Shown here in pieces: positions 25,794-35,166 of a stretch of DNA of 64,000 bases. Source of the stretch: a virus (Duplodnaviria > Caudoviricetes); the IMG/VR virus record IMGVR_UViG_3300043480_000021, positions 5,422 to 69,421 of that record. One strand, 5' to 3'. Position 1 is the first letter of the stretch; every line of letters begins with the position of its first letter. Under the pieces are notes generated by a model. That model saw only the letters and a program-made list of their open reading frames with translations. It searched no databases and was not told the origin of the DNA. The translations under genes and the position numbers were made by a program.

Positions 25794-28112
25794 TTAGAAG
25801 CTCCTCCAGGTCTTTTCCGGATTTACGGTACCGGCGACCGAGCAGGAAAGAGGCGTCGCGAAGCCTTCTCCAGCGGACTCCATTATCATACCGACGGCGT
25901 AGCTTTTGACGCCGTTTACAAAGATCTCCTTCGGCGGCGGGTTGTTAATGCCGAGCCGCGTTGGCGTGTACTCGTAGATCCGCTTCGCGATCACACAATA
26001 GGCATTTGTGACAGTTTCCGAGGCTTTGAGTGAAATGCAGTTGGCGAGAACCCTTTCGCATGTCCCGATTTTGACCTGGTCGGGGGCTAGGATCTGTATA
26101 ATTCGCCCGCGCAGCATACTAGTCGGGCCCGCGCCCTTCACCAGTACGTAATCGCCCAGCATCGAGGCGTCGAAAACGACCTGGGTGCTTACCAGAACAT
26201 CGTCGCCATCATCCATGGCCGCGTCGGTTACGTGGGTAATCGCGTCGTTTACGTGCACCGAGACATAAACCTTGCGGTCCAGACGATCGGCGTTGAACTG
26301 CGGAGCAAGGGAATTGATGATCTTGGTTTTTTTCGCGTCCGGAGCGGTCTGGTAATGCGGTATCGCGGCAAAAACGGCGCTCTGGGCCGCGTCGAACTCG
26401 TAGAGACCGAGATCTCCGTCTTCTTCCGCGGTTGCCGACATGAGGACCCTTCCGTCGACGCCCAGGGCGGCCACTACCTCGATCTCGGGAACATAGTCGT
26501 AAAGGGCCAGCGGGGAGCTCCACAGGCCGGTCTGCGTGTTCAGGAGCAGCGTCTCGTTCTTGTACGTCCAAGAGATCGAAACGCCGTCGCTGTAATTGGC
26601 CACGACGACCTTTTCGCGCTCCGTCCAGTTCTTCATGTATTTCCGGACGAACTTGCCGATATTCCTATTCACTACCCCGTTCTCGCCGATCACGATCGGA
26701 ACGCCTTTCGCCGTGAACATGTAGATACCGGTAGCGTCCGCACACCAGTTATTGCGCGAGCTGATGCCCTCGTTCGGCAATAGCGCGGTGAGGGTGGCCG
26801 GAGCGCTTCCTTCGATATCTATGAACTGGATCGCGCCGGTAAACATCTTGCAGGAGAAAAAGACGTAACTATCGAGGCCGCGGTGAAGCACGTCGACCAC
26901 CTTCTGCGGCGAGTACAGGACGTGCAGCGGGTTGAAGGACTCGGGCAGGTTTCGAAGCGAGAAATGGAACGCGGTCCCGCGGTTCTCGCCGGAGGCGAGG
27001 TCGAACGAATCCGTATCGGAGACGACGCCGAGGACCTTCTCGAGAGGAAAAACGTGGCTCGCCGGCGGCGGCGGGTGATCTTCGGTCCAAGCATCCTCGT
27101 CGGTGAGATCTGATTCCTGCCAGTTGAGCAGGACGCTCCGCTCGAAACCGGCAACAAAAGAGATCACCTTCGCGGTCCGGGGGTTCGTTCCGCTCGATAC
27201 CGTGACGTTGTTCGAAAGGATGGCAGCTGTCGGTGAGGTAACAGATTGAATGACGGTACCGGCCGGAACGGTAAAGCCCGCGGAGACGGGCGAGAACTTC
27301 TTCCCGACGTCGGCCGCGGTGAAATCGCCGGACGCGGAGCCGATATTCGGCGATCCGTTCGTAACGGTTACGTCTGACAGGGAGCGCTCGATATCCGCGA
27401 CGGTATATTCGATGCCGGTGTATGGATTGGCGCGGACCAGGCGATAGTGCAGACCTCGCCCGGCAAAATTCGTTTTCGTGATAAAAAAGACGCCGTGGGT
27501 CGCGCCCTCCGGAGCTTCCCCGACTATTGCATAAACTCCTTTCCCTTGAGCGACGACGGTCGCGCTGGTCGCTGAAGCGATGCTGCGGCCTCCGGTTGTC
27601 GTCCGGATCCACGCGAATTTTATGCTATACGAACCATTGGTTTGAGGAACGCCGCCGATCAGCGTGTCGATGATACCGACGGTCGGAGCTCCCGGCTGTG
27701 GCAGCCCGGCCACGAAGGGACCGGACTCCGGCTCTTCGTATGACCCGCCCCAGCGGAGAAGGAACTGCACGAGGCTCGAGGCGAATTGATCGGGAATAAG
27801 GTTTGCGCCGTAAACTACCTGGCCATAACCCGCGTAGATCAGCATGTCGGCGAACCACGAGAAGATACTGCCTGCCGCCTGCTGGTCCTCTGTGTCGGCG
27901 AGGCCCGCCCAGGTGTCGCCGGCGAGCGCCATGACGCGGGCGCCCTGCCCATGGAGCTGGATGCCGTAAAACGGCCGGGCGGTCAGATCGTCGTCCGGGA
28001 TAAGGTTCCGGCTGCCTCGCGCGAACGTGGTCGACCGGCCGCGCGGGGATAGCGTGTCCTGAAAACCTTCAAGACCGTAAACAAATTCGGCTATTTCCTG
28101 CGCTTCGTCCAT
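25794..28112 (-). CDS. Tail nozzle / tubular protein B-like structural protein
   Basis: 772 aa, beta-propeller-like composition, N-terminus GLEGFQDTLSPRG...RNLIP typical of podovirus nozzle (P22 gp10-like) proteins; follows the adaptor genes. Confidence 0.6.
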   Translation of the reverse strand: MDEAQEIAEFVYGLEGFQDTLSPRGRSTTFARGSRNLIPDDDLTARPFYGIQLHGQGARVMALAGDTWAGLADTEDQQAAGSIFSWFADMLIYAGYGQVVYGANLIPDQFASSLVQFLLRWGGSYEEPESGPFVAGLPQPGAPTVGIIDTLIGGVPQTNGSYSIKFAWIRTTTGGRSIASATSATVVAQGKGVYAIVGEAPEGATHGVFFITKTNFAGRGLHYRLVRANPYTGIEYTVADIERSLSDVTVTNGSPNIGSASGDFTAADVGKKFSPVSAGFTVPAGTVIQSVTSPTAAILSNNVTVSSGTNPRTAKVISFVAGFERSVLLNWQESDLTDEDAWTEDHPPPPASHVFPLEKVLGVVSDTDSFDLASGENRGTAFHFSLRNLPESFNPLHVLYSPQKVVDVLHRGLDSYVFFSCKMFTGAIQFIDIEGSAPATLTALLPNEGISSRNNWCADATGIYMFTAKGVPIVIGENGVVNRNIGKFVRKYMKNWTEREKVVVANYSDGVSISWTYKNETLLLNTQTGLWSSPLALYDYVPEIEVVAALGVDGRVLMSATAEEDGDLGLYEFDAAQSAVFAAIPHYQTAPDAKKTKIINSLAPQFNADRLDRKVYVSVHVNDAITHVTDAAMDDGDDVLVSTQVVFDASMLGDYVLVKGAGPTSMLRGRIIQILAPDQVKIGTCERVLANCISLKASETVTNAYCVIAKRIYEYTPTRLGINNPPPKEIFVNGVKSYAVGMIMESAGEGFATPLSCSVAGTVNPEKTWRSF

Positions 28113-28158
28113 TTATATCGGAACGTTTGTTTAATAAAATCGGCTTTTTGTTTAATCG

Positions 28159-28200
28159 AAAGGGGCAAAAAGGCAGAGGTGACGCGCCTTTCGCCCCTTT
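28159..28200 (-). terminator. Intergenic hairpin (terminator- or processing-like)
   Basis: AAAGGGGCGAAAGGC pairs with GCCUUUUUGCCCCUUU around an 11-nt loop, between the lipoprotein and nozzle genes. The U tail is weak. Confidence 0.5.
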
Positions 28201-28242
28201 TTCATGCAGTAAAAACAAAGGGTTAGATTTAGGAGACGGGTG

Positions 28243-28536
28243 TCAAATCCGTAGAACGACGGCAGGCCTGCTTCGAGCGGTTATCCCCGGCGGTCTGTCG
28301 TATGAGACCGGTATCGGAATATCTCCTGTGTAGTTAAGGACCGCGACAGCCAGCGGCGGGCTCTCGCTGGTGAGGTTTGAAACCGCTTTGGTATCGGAAT
28401 GATACCGGTTCGGTATTTTAACAACCTTCTCGGCCGAGGCCTGGATGCGCGGCGTCGGCGAGCTGTCACAGCCTGCAAGCACCATCGCGCCCAGGAATAG
28501 GGCCGTGACGATCAGAGAAATTAGGAATCTCTTCAT
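28243..28536 (-). CDS. Lipoprotein (97 aa)
   Basis: Signal peptide MKRFLISLIVTALFLGAMV followed by a canonical lipobox LAGC; SD AGGAG upstream. Confidence 0.75.
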   Translation of the reverse strand: MKRFLISLIVTALFLGAMVLAGCDSSPTPRIQASAEKVVKIPNRYHSDTKAVSNLTSESPPLAVAVLNYTGDIPIPVSYDRPPGITARSRPAVVLRI

Positions 28537-28559
28537 TTTTATTTACTCCTTCTAGTGGT

Positions 28560-29201
28560 CTAGCCGGCCTTTCTGCCGGCGCTTTTTGCCTCTTTCCTGA
28601 ATTCGGCGCGTCTTCGCGAGGCCTCAGCCAGGTCTTCAGGCAATTCCTTGATATTCCGAAACTGGCAGCCGGGCTCGTTGCACTTAATGACGCTCACGAT
28701 CTTGCCGTGCCTTTCAGAATAGATATCGCGTTCGCGAAAATAATTCGGGTACCGGTGATCACCTTCTTGTTTGTACTTCGGGTGTTCACAATGCGCGTCG
28801 TCGTCGATCGCCATCGCCCGGGCGTGGGCCCGCGCGTTCCGGCGGCGCTGAGGGTCCCGAGTGTGATTCGCGGCCATTTCGAAGTTGCCGAGCTCGAAAT
28901 GCGCTTTTGACGCCTTTTCGCTAAGCGCGGCGATCGTTCGATCGAGCTCCTCTCTTTTCAGCTGGTCGCCAGCTGCCATCGCGGCCCGGCGAGCGGCGAA
29001 CTTGGTTCGCATGAGCGCGTTGATCTCCTCGAGGAGAAGCATCTGCGTCGCCCGGTGAGTTTGCGCGGGACTAGCCGGCGAAATATTAAGGGTTCGCCGA
29101 ATCGTCCGCTGAAAGTCCCTGTTTTCCGTGAGGAGCTTTTGCGTTATCTTCGGGACCAGCTCGAGCCTCTTGGGCTTTTCCTTTTGCTGCTCATTAGCCA
29201 T
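28560..29201 (-). CDS. Hypothetical protein (213 aa) with Cys/His cluster
   Basis: Helical N-terminus, then HCEH...KCNEPGC. Overlaps the upstream stop by 8 nt. Confidence 0.6.
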   Translation of the reverse strand: MANEQQKEKPKRLELVPKITQKLLTENRDFQRTIRRTLNISPASPAQTHRATQMLLLEEINALMRTKFAARRAAMAAGDQLKREELDRTIAALSEKASKAHFELGNFEMAANHTRDPQRRRNARAHARAMAIDDDAHCEHPKYKQEGDHRYPNYFRERDIYSERHGKIVSVIKCNEPGCQFRNIKELPEDLAEASRRRAEFRKEAKSAGRKAG

Positions 29202-29781
29202 TATTTGCGACCTTGCGCTGCGCGACGTCGACGTTCCGCCGCGGCTCCCTGATCTCCTGCTTGGCGAGAAACACGATCATTTCGACCAGGTCGCCCTCGA
29301 GCTCCTGGGAGAGGTTGTCCGCGGACTGCGGGCAGTTGATCCCGTTGACCAGGGCGTCCTCGTGAACATCCCCGGCTTTCGGCCGGATCCGGAGGATATT
29401 CCCCTCGAGATAGACAAGCGCGTAAAACTTGTCCTGGATACCCGTACCGGTGAACCTCTGAAGGGAGCCTACCTGCCGGGCCAAGAGCGGGGCTTTCCCG
29501 CCACCGTCGAAAGACAGGCGTATCTTTGCGCGGCTTATCAGGTCGAGGCGCAGGCCGGTTCCGGACGCAGTTGTCAGATCGGCCTCGTCGTCGCTGATCG
29601 GTACCGTGTACTCGGTACGGAAAAGCTCGAGCTTGGCGTCGTTCGTTTGCAGGAGCTTTTCCTGCAGGGCTTTTATCGCGGTCGGTATCAACGGACGGAT
29701 ATGCTCCTCCGTCATGTTGTGGGCGCCGAAGTCCCGCGTTAAAACGCTTTGTGCCAGTGATACGAGCCGCTTGACTATCAT
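29194..29781 (-). CDS. Head-tail adaptor / tubular protein A-like protein
   Basis: 195 aa with helix-beta-sandwich-helix layout ending ELEGDLVEMIVFLAKQE; located in the neck region. Confidence 0.45.
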   Translation of the reverse strand: MIVKRLVSLAQSVLTRDFGAHNMTEEHIRPLIPTAIKALQEKLLQTNDAKLELFRTEYTVPISDDEADLTTASGTGLRLDLISRAKIRLSFDGGGKAPLLARQVGSLQRFTGTGIQDKFYALVYLEGNILRIRPKAGDVHEDALVNGINCPQSADNLSQELEGDLVEMIVFLAKQEIREPRRNVDVAQRKVANNG

Positions 29782-29842
29782 AAAATAAGGGGTCGCCGCT
29801 TTTTTCAGACGGTGCGCGGCGCCACCGGTCCCAGGGGAGGGC

Positions 29843-30679
29843 CTATTCTGCCGTTTCAGGGGGTGCGGAGGCTTCCGCCGTCTCCGGCGCGGCCTCAGCT
29901 GCCTTTTCCGCTTTTTTCTTTGCGGCGTCGCGATACTTCTCGTATTGATCCGAGGCTATGCCGAGCTCTCTCGCTTCCTCGACCGACAGGGTCGGCACGA
30001 AGTTGTGCAGATCCGTCACGTCGCATTGAGCGCTGAGAGGCATCAGGTTTCCGAAGCCGTTATATTTCAACTTCAGGTCCTCGGCGTGGCGTCCAACGTT
30101 ACTCGACGACCAGCTGGCCAGGAGACCGGCGAAAGCATGCTCCTCGCTGTCAAACTGGATAATGGTGTCGCTGCCGAGGGTGATGGTTACCCCGCTCGAG
30201 GTCGGAATGACGGTACCGGCGCGCAGCCGGCGAAATCCTTCCGGAACGACCATCTCGCCGTGGAGCTGTTTCTCGAGCTCGATCGTTTCCAGCTTCCAGG
30301 CTTCCTTCTGGTCTTCGATCGGAAGATCACTCGTCCCATGTTCCGCGTTTGCAGTTATCAGGTCGTCGATCTTGCCGTCGAGGCCGGGTTCATCCGTCTC
30401 CTCGGGCGGGAATTTCTCATTGAGAGCTTTGCTTAATGTGTCCTCGGTTTCCTCGTCGATCTGCTCGTCCGATTTCGCCGGCGCGGGTGCTTCCGGTGCT
30501 TCCGGTGCTTCCGGTGCTTCCGGTGCTTCCGGTGCTTCCGGTGCTTCCGGTGCTTCCGGTGCTTCCGGTGCTTCCGGTGCTGCCTCTCGTTCAACGGATT
30601 CCGCTGCTTCCTTTTTCACATCCTCGACGGGTTTTTCGCCGTCGCCTGTTTTCGATTTGGCCTTTTTCCTAACGGTCAT
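29843..30679 (-). CDS. Acidic hypothetical protein with (PEA)10 repeat
   Basis: 278 aa, SD GGAG upstream, E/A/P-rich termini around a short globular core. Confidence 0.65.
   Translation of the reverse strand: MTVRKKAKSKTGDGEKPVEDVKKEAAESVEREAAPEAPEAPEAPEAPEAPEAPEAPEAPEAPEAPAPAKSDEQIDEETEDTLSKALNEKFPPEETDEPGLDGKIDDLITANAEHGTSDLPIEDQKEAWKLETIELEKQLHGEMVVPEGFRRLRAGTVIPTSSGVTITLGSDTIIQFDSEEHAFAGLLASWSSSNVGRHAEDLKLKYNGFGNLMPLSAQCDVTDLHNFVPTLSVEEARELGIASDQYEKYRDAAKKKAEKAAEAAPETAEASAPPETAE
30486..30580. repeat. Perfect 9-bp tandem repeat (GGTGCTTCC)x10.5
   Basis: Counted directly: 10 identical units plus 5 nt, in frame, encoding PEA repeats. Confidence 0.97.
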
Positions 30680-30699
30680 AGTTTTTTACTCCTTGAAAA

Positions 30700-31398
30700 T
30701 TAATTATTAAGCTGCTGGAACACTTCCGGCTCCGGCAGGTCAAGAGCCATGCCGGCGATCCGTCTGTCGAATCTATCGGCCTGGTCGATGTAGAACTTCC
30801 GGTGACTTTGGTCCTGGCCGTTCATGTAGAGCATTTTGAACGAGCGTGCGATCACGCCGTTCGCGTAGGCATCGGGATTGAGCAGGGTATCGCTCGAGAT
30901 AACGGTCGACCGGTTAAGATTCACCGTCGGCGAGTGGACCGCCGCGGAGTCTCCGCAAAAGAAAATATGGCCGTCCTGCATCCAGTAAAGCCCGTGGCCG
31001 TCGCCGAAGATGTCCGACTGATCGTTGCAAAGTTCAATATGTTGCCGATTCCGGGCCAGTCTGCCGAACACGGTTTTGGTGTGCCCCCCGCCGCCCTCGG
31101 TGTAAGTGACCGCTACCTTCGAGTGCGGGCCGATAGCTACAGGAATGCGATCGCCGTACGCCAGCGAAGCCGGTGTTTCGGTAAAAAAGGCGTTCCGGTA
31201 GGGGTGATCAAGCAGGTCGACAATGACGAGGGCTTGCTCGATATCGGCCTGCATGACCGCTTCTTTGAAGTTGTCGAGGGTAAACGGCGCGTCTTCCTTT
31301 ACCGTCGGCGCCGTGAAGTCCGGGTCCTGCATGCCGAGCAGCAGGATCGACCAGTAGAGCGTCCGGGTAAAATTTGCTTTTGTAACGGTTATTGCCAT
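30700..31398 (-). CDS. Putative head-tail adaptor-like structural protein
   Basis: 232 aa, neck-region position, C-terminal LLNPDAYANGVIA...FY pattern resembling adaptor proteins. Confidence 0.45.
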   Translation of the reverse strand: MAITVTKANFTRTLYWSILLLGMQDPDFTAPTVKEDAPFTLDNFKEAVMQADIEQALVIVDLLDHPYRNAFFTETPASLAYGDRIPVAIGPHSKVAVTYTEGGGGHTKTVFGRLARNRQHIELCNDQSDIFGDGHGLYWMQDGHIFFCGDSAAVHSPTVNLNRSTVISSDTLLNPDAYANGVIARSFKMLYMNGQDQSHRKFYIDQADRFDRRIAGMALDLPEPEVFQQLNN

Positions 31399-31411
31399 TG
31401 CTTAAACTGCC

Positions 31412-32119
31412 TTACTCGTAAAAGACGGGATCGCGCAAAGGCGAATAGGCTTCGATCTCGTGGGTCCGCCTTTTGTCGATCGTGCCGGCGAGATAGTTGC
31501 GCCAGATTATCTCCCGCCTTTGGATCGATTCATTGAGCTCCGCCTTCTGGGCCCGGACAAATTCCGCGAGCGCCGGCGCGGTACGCAAAAGCAGGTTGAT
31601 TGCCTTCTTCGCCGCGCCCTCGATAACCAAATGCTGGAAAAGCGCGGGAATGTCCGCTACCTCGTCGCTCGTCTCCTCGAGGTCCGAGAACATCAGCTTC
31701 TCGCCCCATAGCTCGAGCGTCTCGGTCGAGTCCGGATTCCAGGAGAGGATCATGGTCATAGGCGAGTGACCGACGAAGTAAACCGCAAGCCGCCCGGCGA
31801 GCTCCGCGTCGTTCAGGTCCGAGATCTTGTCGCAAACATCCAGGTCTTCCCAAAGGTCGCTCGCCACGCCGTCGTAGATCCTGCGCCGGACGTAGCCGAC
31901 CTGGCCGAACGCGAATGTTTCGGAAACGGTCGTTTCCTTTGTCGCCGGTGTTTTTGTGACCTTGTACTCGACGCGCCCCTTGCCGGCGTTGTAGATCTGC
32001 GCGGCATAGAAATCGAGCGAGCTGAGGACGAAAAACATTATCTGGTTATCGCCGATAATGTGGTCTTCCGCGTCGCCTAACCAATCGCGGACCGCGCTAA
32101 TGAATTCATCGAGGATCAT
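31412..32119 (-). CDS. Head-tail adaptor protein
   Basis: MILDEFISAVRDWLGD...IPALFQHLVIEGAAKKA matches the usual adaptor/tubular-A architecture. Confidence 0.6.
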   Translation of the reverse strand: MILDEFISAVRDWLGDAEDHIIGDNQIMFFVLSSLDFYAAQIYNAGKGRVEYKVTKTPATKETTVSETFAFGQVGYVRRRIYDGVASDLWEDLDVCDKISDLNDAELAGRLAVYFVGHSPMTMILSWNPDSTETLELWGEKLMFSDLEETSDEVADIPALFQHLVIEGAAKKAINLLLRTAPALAEFVRAQKAELNESIQRREIIWRNYLAGTIDKRRTHEIEAYSPLRDPVFYE

Positions 32120-32407
32120 TTAGTACTCTTCCATCTGGACCGTCTGGCCAGCGAACTCGTGCGTGCAATCGTTTAGGAATTCGATCTTTCCCTCGCGAAT
32201 GAAAACATGGCATCGGATATCCTTTTCGCCTTTGCTGTGCTGGACGAGAATGCTCGGGCTCACGGTCGGATTCTCATAATCTTCGTTCCACGTCCACGTC
32301 GGCGTCGCCGGTGCGGTTTGCCAGAAGTGGCCACAACGGCAGCCCGGACAAAAGAACAGCCATTTGTTCTCGCCTTGGACCGGGTAAACGATTTTCTTTT
32401 CGCTCAT
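32120..32407 (-). CDS. DUF6527-like small Zn-binding protein (95 aa)
   Basis: FFCPGCRCGH...WTWNEDYENPTVSPSIL...RCHVFIREGKIEFLNDCTHEFAGQTV matches the DUF6527 pattern as I recall it. Confidence 0.7.
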   Translation of the reverse strand: MSEKKIVYPVQGENKWLFFCPGCRCGHFWQTAPATPTWTWNEDYENPTVSPSILVQHSKGEKDIRCHVFIREGKIEFLNDCTHEFAGQTVQMEEY

Positions 32408-32443
32408 AAAAACAAAAGGACGAGCGGCGCGAACCGCCCGCCC
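32408..32443 (-). terminator. Rho-independent terminator
   Basis: 10-bp stem GGGCGGGCGG/CCGCUCGUCC (two G-U), loop UUCGCG, tail UUUUGUUUUU. Confidence 0.75.
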
Positions 32444-32472
32444 CGCCGGGGTGAGTGACAGGCAAAAGCCTT

Positions 32473-32820
32473 TTAGTCGCTGGTCACGCTTTCCGTGATT
32501 TCCCAATCGATTACGAAATGAGAATTCGCGGGAACGGTAATACCGGCGGCGATCGGCGACCACACGTAAACCGTGAAGGTCCCTGCGCCGTCTGCGACCG
32601 CGCGCCCGGTGACGCTTACGAGCGTTGCCGATTCCGCTTTATTCGAATCGAGAGCCCTGACGCGGGCGACGACCGCTTTGTTATTAGCCGCCGGGTCCAG
32701 GATGGTACCGATCGAGATAGATGCCGCGGCCGCGGCCGTGCTGTCCGTCTTCTGGACAACGATCCTTCCGCGCTTGGTGCCGCCGCCGCTTGTAGTGGTC
32801 GAAATTACATTGACTGCCAT
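32473..32820 (-). CDS. Small beta-rich virion protein (decoration-like)
   Basis: 115 aa, T/A/V/G-rich all-beta composition, in the head gene cluster. Confidence 0.5.
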   Translation of the reverse strand: MAVNVISTTTSGGGTKRGRIVVQKTDSTAAAAASISIGTILDPAANNKAVVARVRALDSNKAESATLVSVTGRAVADGAGTFTVYVWSPIAAGITVPANSHFVIDWEITESVTSD

Positions 32821-32834
32821 AAGCTATTTACTCC

Positions 32835-34133
32835 TTATTTATTTTTGGTCTTCGGTTTATCAGCGGCGGACGGCTTACCCGTTTCCGCTTTACTCGCTTC
32901 CGGTGAAGCGATTTCGGCCTCGCCCTCCGTGCCTGCCGGCGCCGGATTCTGGGCGAGAAATGTTTTCTTCAGCTCGTCGAGCGATGCGTCGAAGCTTTTC
33001 TTCAGCTCGTCGACCTTCGCGTTTACGATCTCGTCGACCTCACTCGCGGGAATATATCCCTGGAGAGGCGGCTGCGGCGGGGCGGGGGCCTGCTGCTGGT
33101 TAATTCCCGCGGCCACGGCTGCGCCCGTCCGCTGGGCGATATCGAGGGCCTTCATATCGCGCGGCTGCTTGTTGAGGTGGATCATCGCGACCAGGTCCGG
33201 AGGAAATGACGGATCCCGGTGGATGAGATCGGGCGGGTCATACCCTTTCTTCTCCTTGATATCGATCAAGCCTTCGGTTTTGGTAAGGGTTCGTTCGCAG
33301 AATTCGCGTGCGATGCGGGCACCTTTCAGGAGCTCGATGCGGATAGCTTCACACCGATCGCTATCGCCGGAGCTTAAGCCGGCGCGTTCGATCGTCTTTC
33401 TCGAGTATTCCTGAAGGTAGAGAATGATCTCCGGCATGAACGGGCCCTCGAGCTCGAATCCGAGGCGCTCGCGCTTGGGCTGCGGAATTGCTTCCATGAC
33501 GGCCTTGCGGTTGATCACAGCCTTCAGAAGCAGGCGGGCCTCGTCGTAGTTCTCGTAACCGAGCAGCGTCTTTTTGTCGGAAAGAAGGGTAAACCCTTCG
33601 GACTGAAACCGCTCATAGATCTGTTCGGCGAACTGCGCGGCCGAGATCCTGCCCGATCGGCGCGATTCGGCGACGGTCGACTTGACGGTCGAGAAATCGA
33701 ATCCCGCCGGGTTCGAGCCCAGCTCTTCTTCGGCCTGCTCCTCGCTTAGGAGCTCCGCGCGGCCTTCGTAGGGTATCGGGTACCCCTGTGTGGTAAAGGG
33801 ATAGAGCTCCAACCGAGGGAACCAGTGCGTATTTTCCTTGTTAACGAGGCGGCCGCCCGGCTGGTGCCGGACCTTCACGTTAAAATCGCCCATATAGAAA
33901 TACGGGTCGGCCACGATCCGGATATCGGTTAGAAGCGGAACGCCGTACCGCGGCAGGTTGGCATTGGCGATTATCTCTTCGCGGCGCGTTCCTTGGCGGA
34001 TCTTGCTTAAAAAATCGCCGTCCTCGTCGTCGTCTTCTTCGGAAAGCTCTGAAGCAGCTTCCTCGAGCGCTCCCGCAGCGTCGTCGCTATCGTAGAGATC
34101 GGATATATTAAAATCGTTTAATTCATTGGTCAT
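32835..34133 (-). CDS. Hypothetical protein (432 aa)
   Basis: Long ORF with SD GGGAG and acidic N-terminus; no motif recognised. Confidence 0.7.
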   Translation of the reverse strand: MTNELNDFNISDLYDSDDAAGALEEAASELSEEDDDEDGDFLSKIRQGTRREEIIANANLPRYGVPLLTDIRIVADPYFYMGDFNVKVRHQPGGRLVNKENTHWFPRLELYPFTTQGYPIPYEGRAELLSEEQAEEELGSNPAGFDFSTVKSTVAESRRSGRISAAQFAEQIYERFQSEGFTLLSDKKTLLGYENYDEARLLLKAVINRKAVMEAIPQPKRERLGFELEGPFMPEIILYLQEYSRKTIERAGLSSGDSDRCEAIRIELLKGARIAREFCERTLTKTEGLIDIKEKKGYDPPDLIHRDPSFPPDLVAMIHLNKQPRDMKALDIAQRTGAAVAAGINQQQAPAPPQPPLQGYIPASEVDEIVNAKVDELKKSFDASLDELKKTFLAQNPAPAGTEGEAEIASPEASKAETGKPSAADKPKTKNK

Positions 34134-34163
34134 AACAATTCACTCCCTGGGTGGTGGCCTTTT

Positions 34164-35153
34164 TCAGGCCTTTTTTGTGTATGAAGGCTTTCGCTTAATA
34201 CTGCGGTCCTTCGGAAAAATGCGGACATTTTTGCTTTTACCGTGTCTGACGATATTTGCTTCCGCCATCAACGTGTCGATCGTGCGCCTGGTACGCGCGG
34301 CCGACGCCAGCTGCTGGTTGTGGACCGTTGTAACCAGGCGGTCCTCGATGGTCTCGGTCTTCGACTTGGGCTTAGCCTTTCGGGCCTCGGCAAACATCTT
34401 CCGGATAGGGTCCAGGCAGTTATGCTCGTCTGGCTGCGCGTAACCGCCATTCTCAGCCTCGATCTTCAGCAGGATGTTCCAATACTCGCCGTATTGCGGG
34501 TATGGCCCGATAATGTCGACGAAACGCTCGTCGCCTCCGAACTCCATCAGAGGGTTTTGGCCGAAGCGGTTCATCTGCCAGTTCCACTTCTCGTCGATCT
34601 GCGGGCCCGGGATCCACTGGACGGCGTAGAAATTCGGGCAGCCGATCTCGGTGATCGTCGGGATGTCCTCGAAGTAGGTCCAGCCGTCGGGCAAAAGCCG
34701 CGCAGTCTCTTCGAAGCTGCTGCCGATCGCGAGTCGGGCCCATTCCTTGACCGGTATGAACTTTTTCAGAAAATACTCGGCCGGCGCGAACAAAAGCGCG
34801 TGATAGGTATCCCAATCCGCGGATTTGAGCGCAGCCTCTCGCCTTTTCGCGGCGATGCGCTGGAGCTTCCCGAGCTGCTTGATCCCCTCGGGGGTTATCC
34901 GAAAAGCCTGTTTCTCAAAGATCGGGTCGATCTTTGGATCGACGAAGCGGATCCGCTGCTTCCCGCACTCGAAAGCCCTCGTCGTCTGGCCCCAGAGGAG
35001 CGTGACGCGGGGTTTACCGGTAAACCGGCCGAAGCCCGGCCCGACGGTACCGCCGAGCTTTGTGAGCTCGTTCTGGATGAACGGCGGCACATACGGCGCC
35101 GGATTGTTTTTCAATTCAACCGCGAGGATCGCGGACCTGCTCCCCTGTTCCAT
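34164..35153 (-). CDS. Hypothetical protein (329 aa)
   Basis: Long ORF in operon context; no motif recognised. Confidence 0.7.
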   Translation of the reverse strand: MEQGSRSAILAVELKNNPAPYVPPFIQNELTKLGGTVGPGFGRFTGKPRVTLLWGQTTRAFECGKQRIRFVDPKIDPIFEKQAFRITPEGIKQLGKLQRIAAKRREAALKSADWDTYHALLFAPAEYFLKKFIPVKEWARLAIGSSFEETARLLPDGWTYFEDIPTITEIGCPNFYAVQWIPGPQIDEKWNWQMNRFGQNPLMEFGGDERFVDIIGPYPQYGEYWNILLKIEAENGGYAQPDEHNCLDPIRKMFAEARKAKPKSKTETIEDRLVTTVHNQQLASAARTRRTIDTLMAEANIVRHGKSKNVRIFPKDRSIKRKPSYTKKA

Positions 35154-35166
35154 TGAAAAAAAACCT

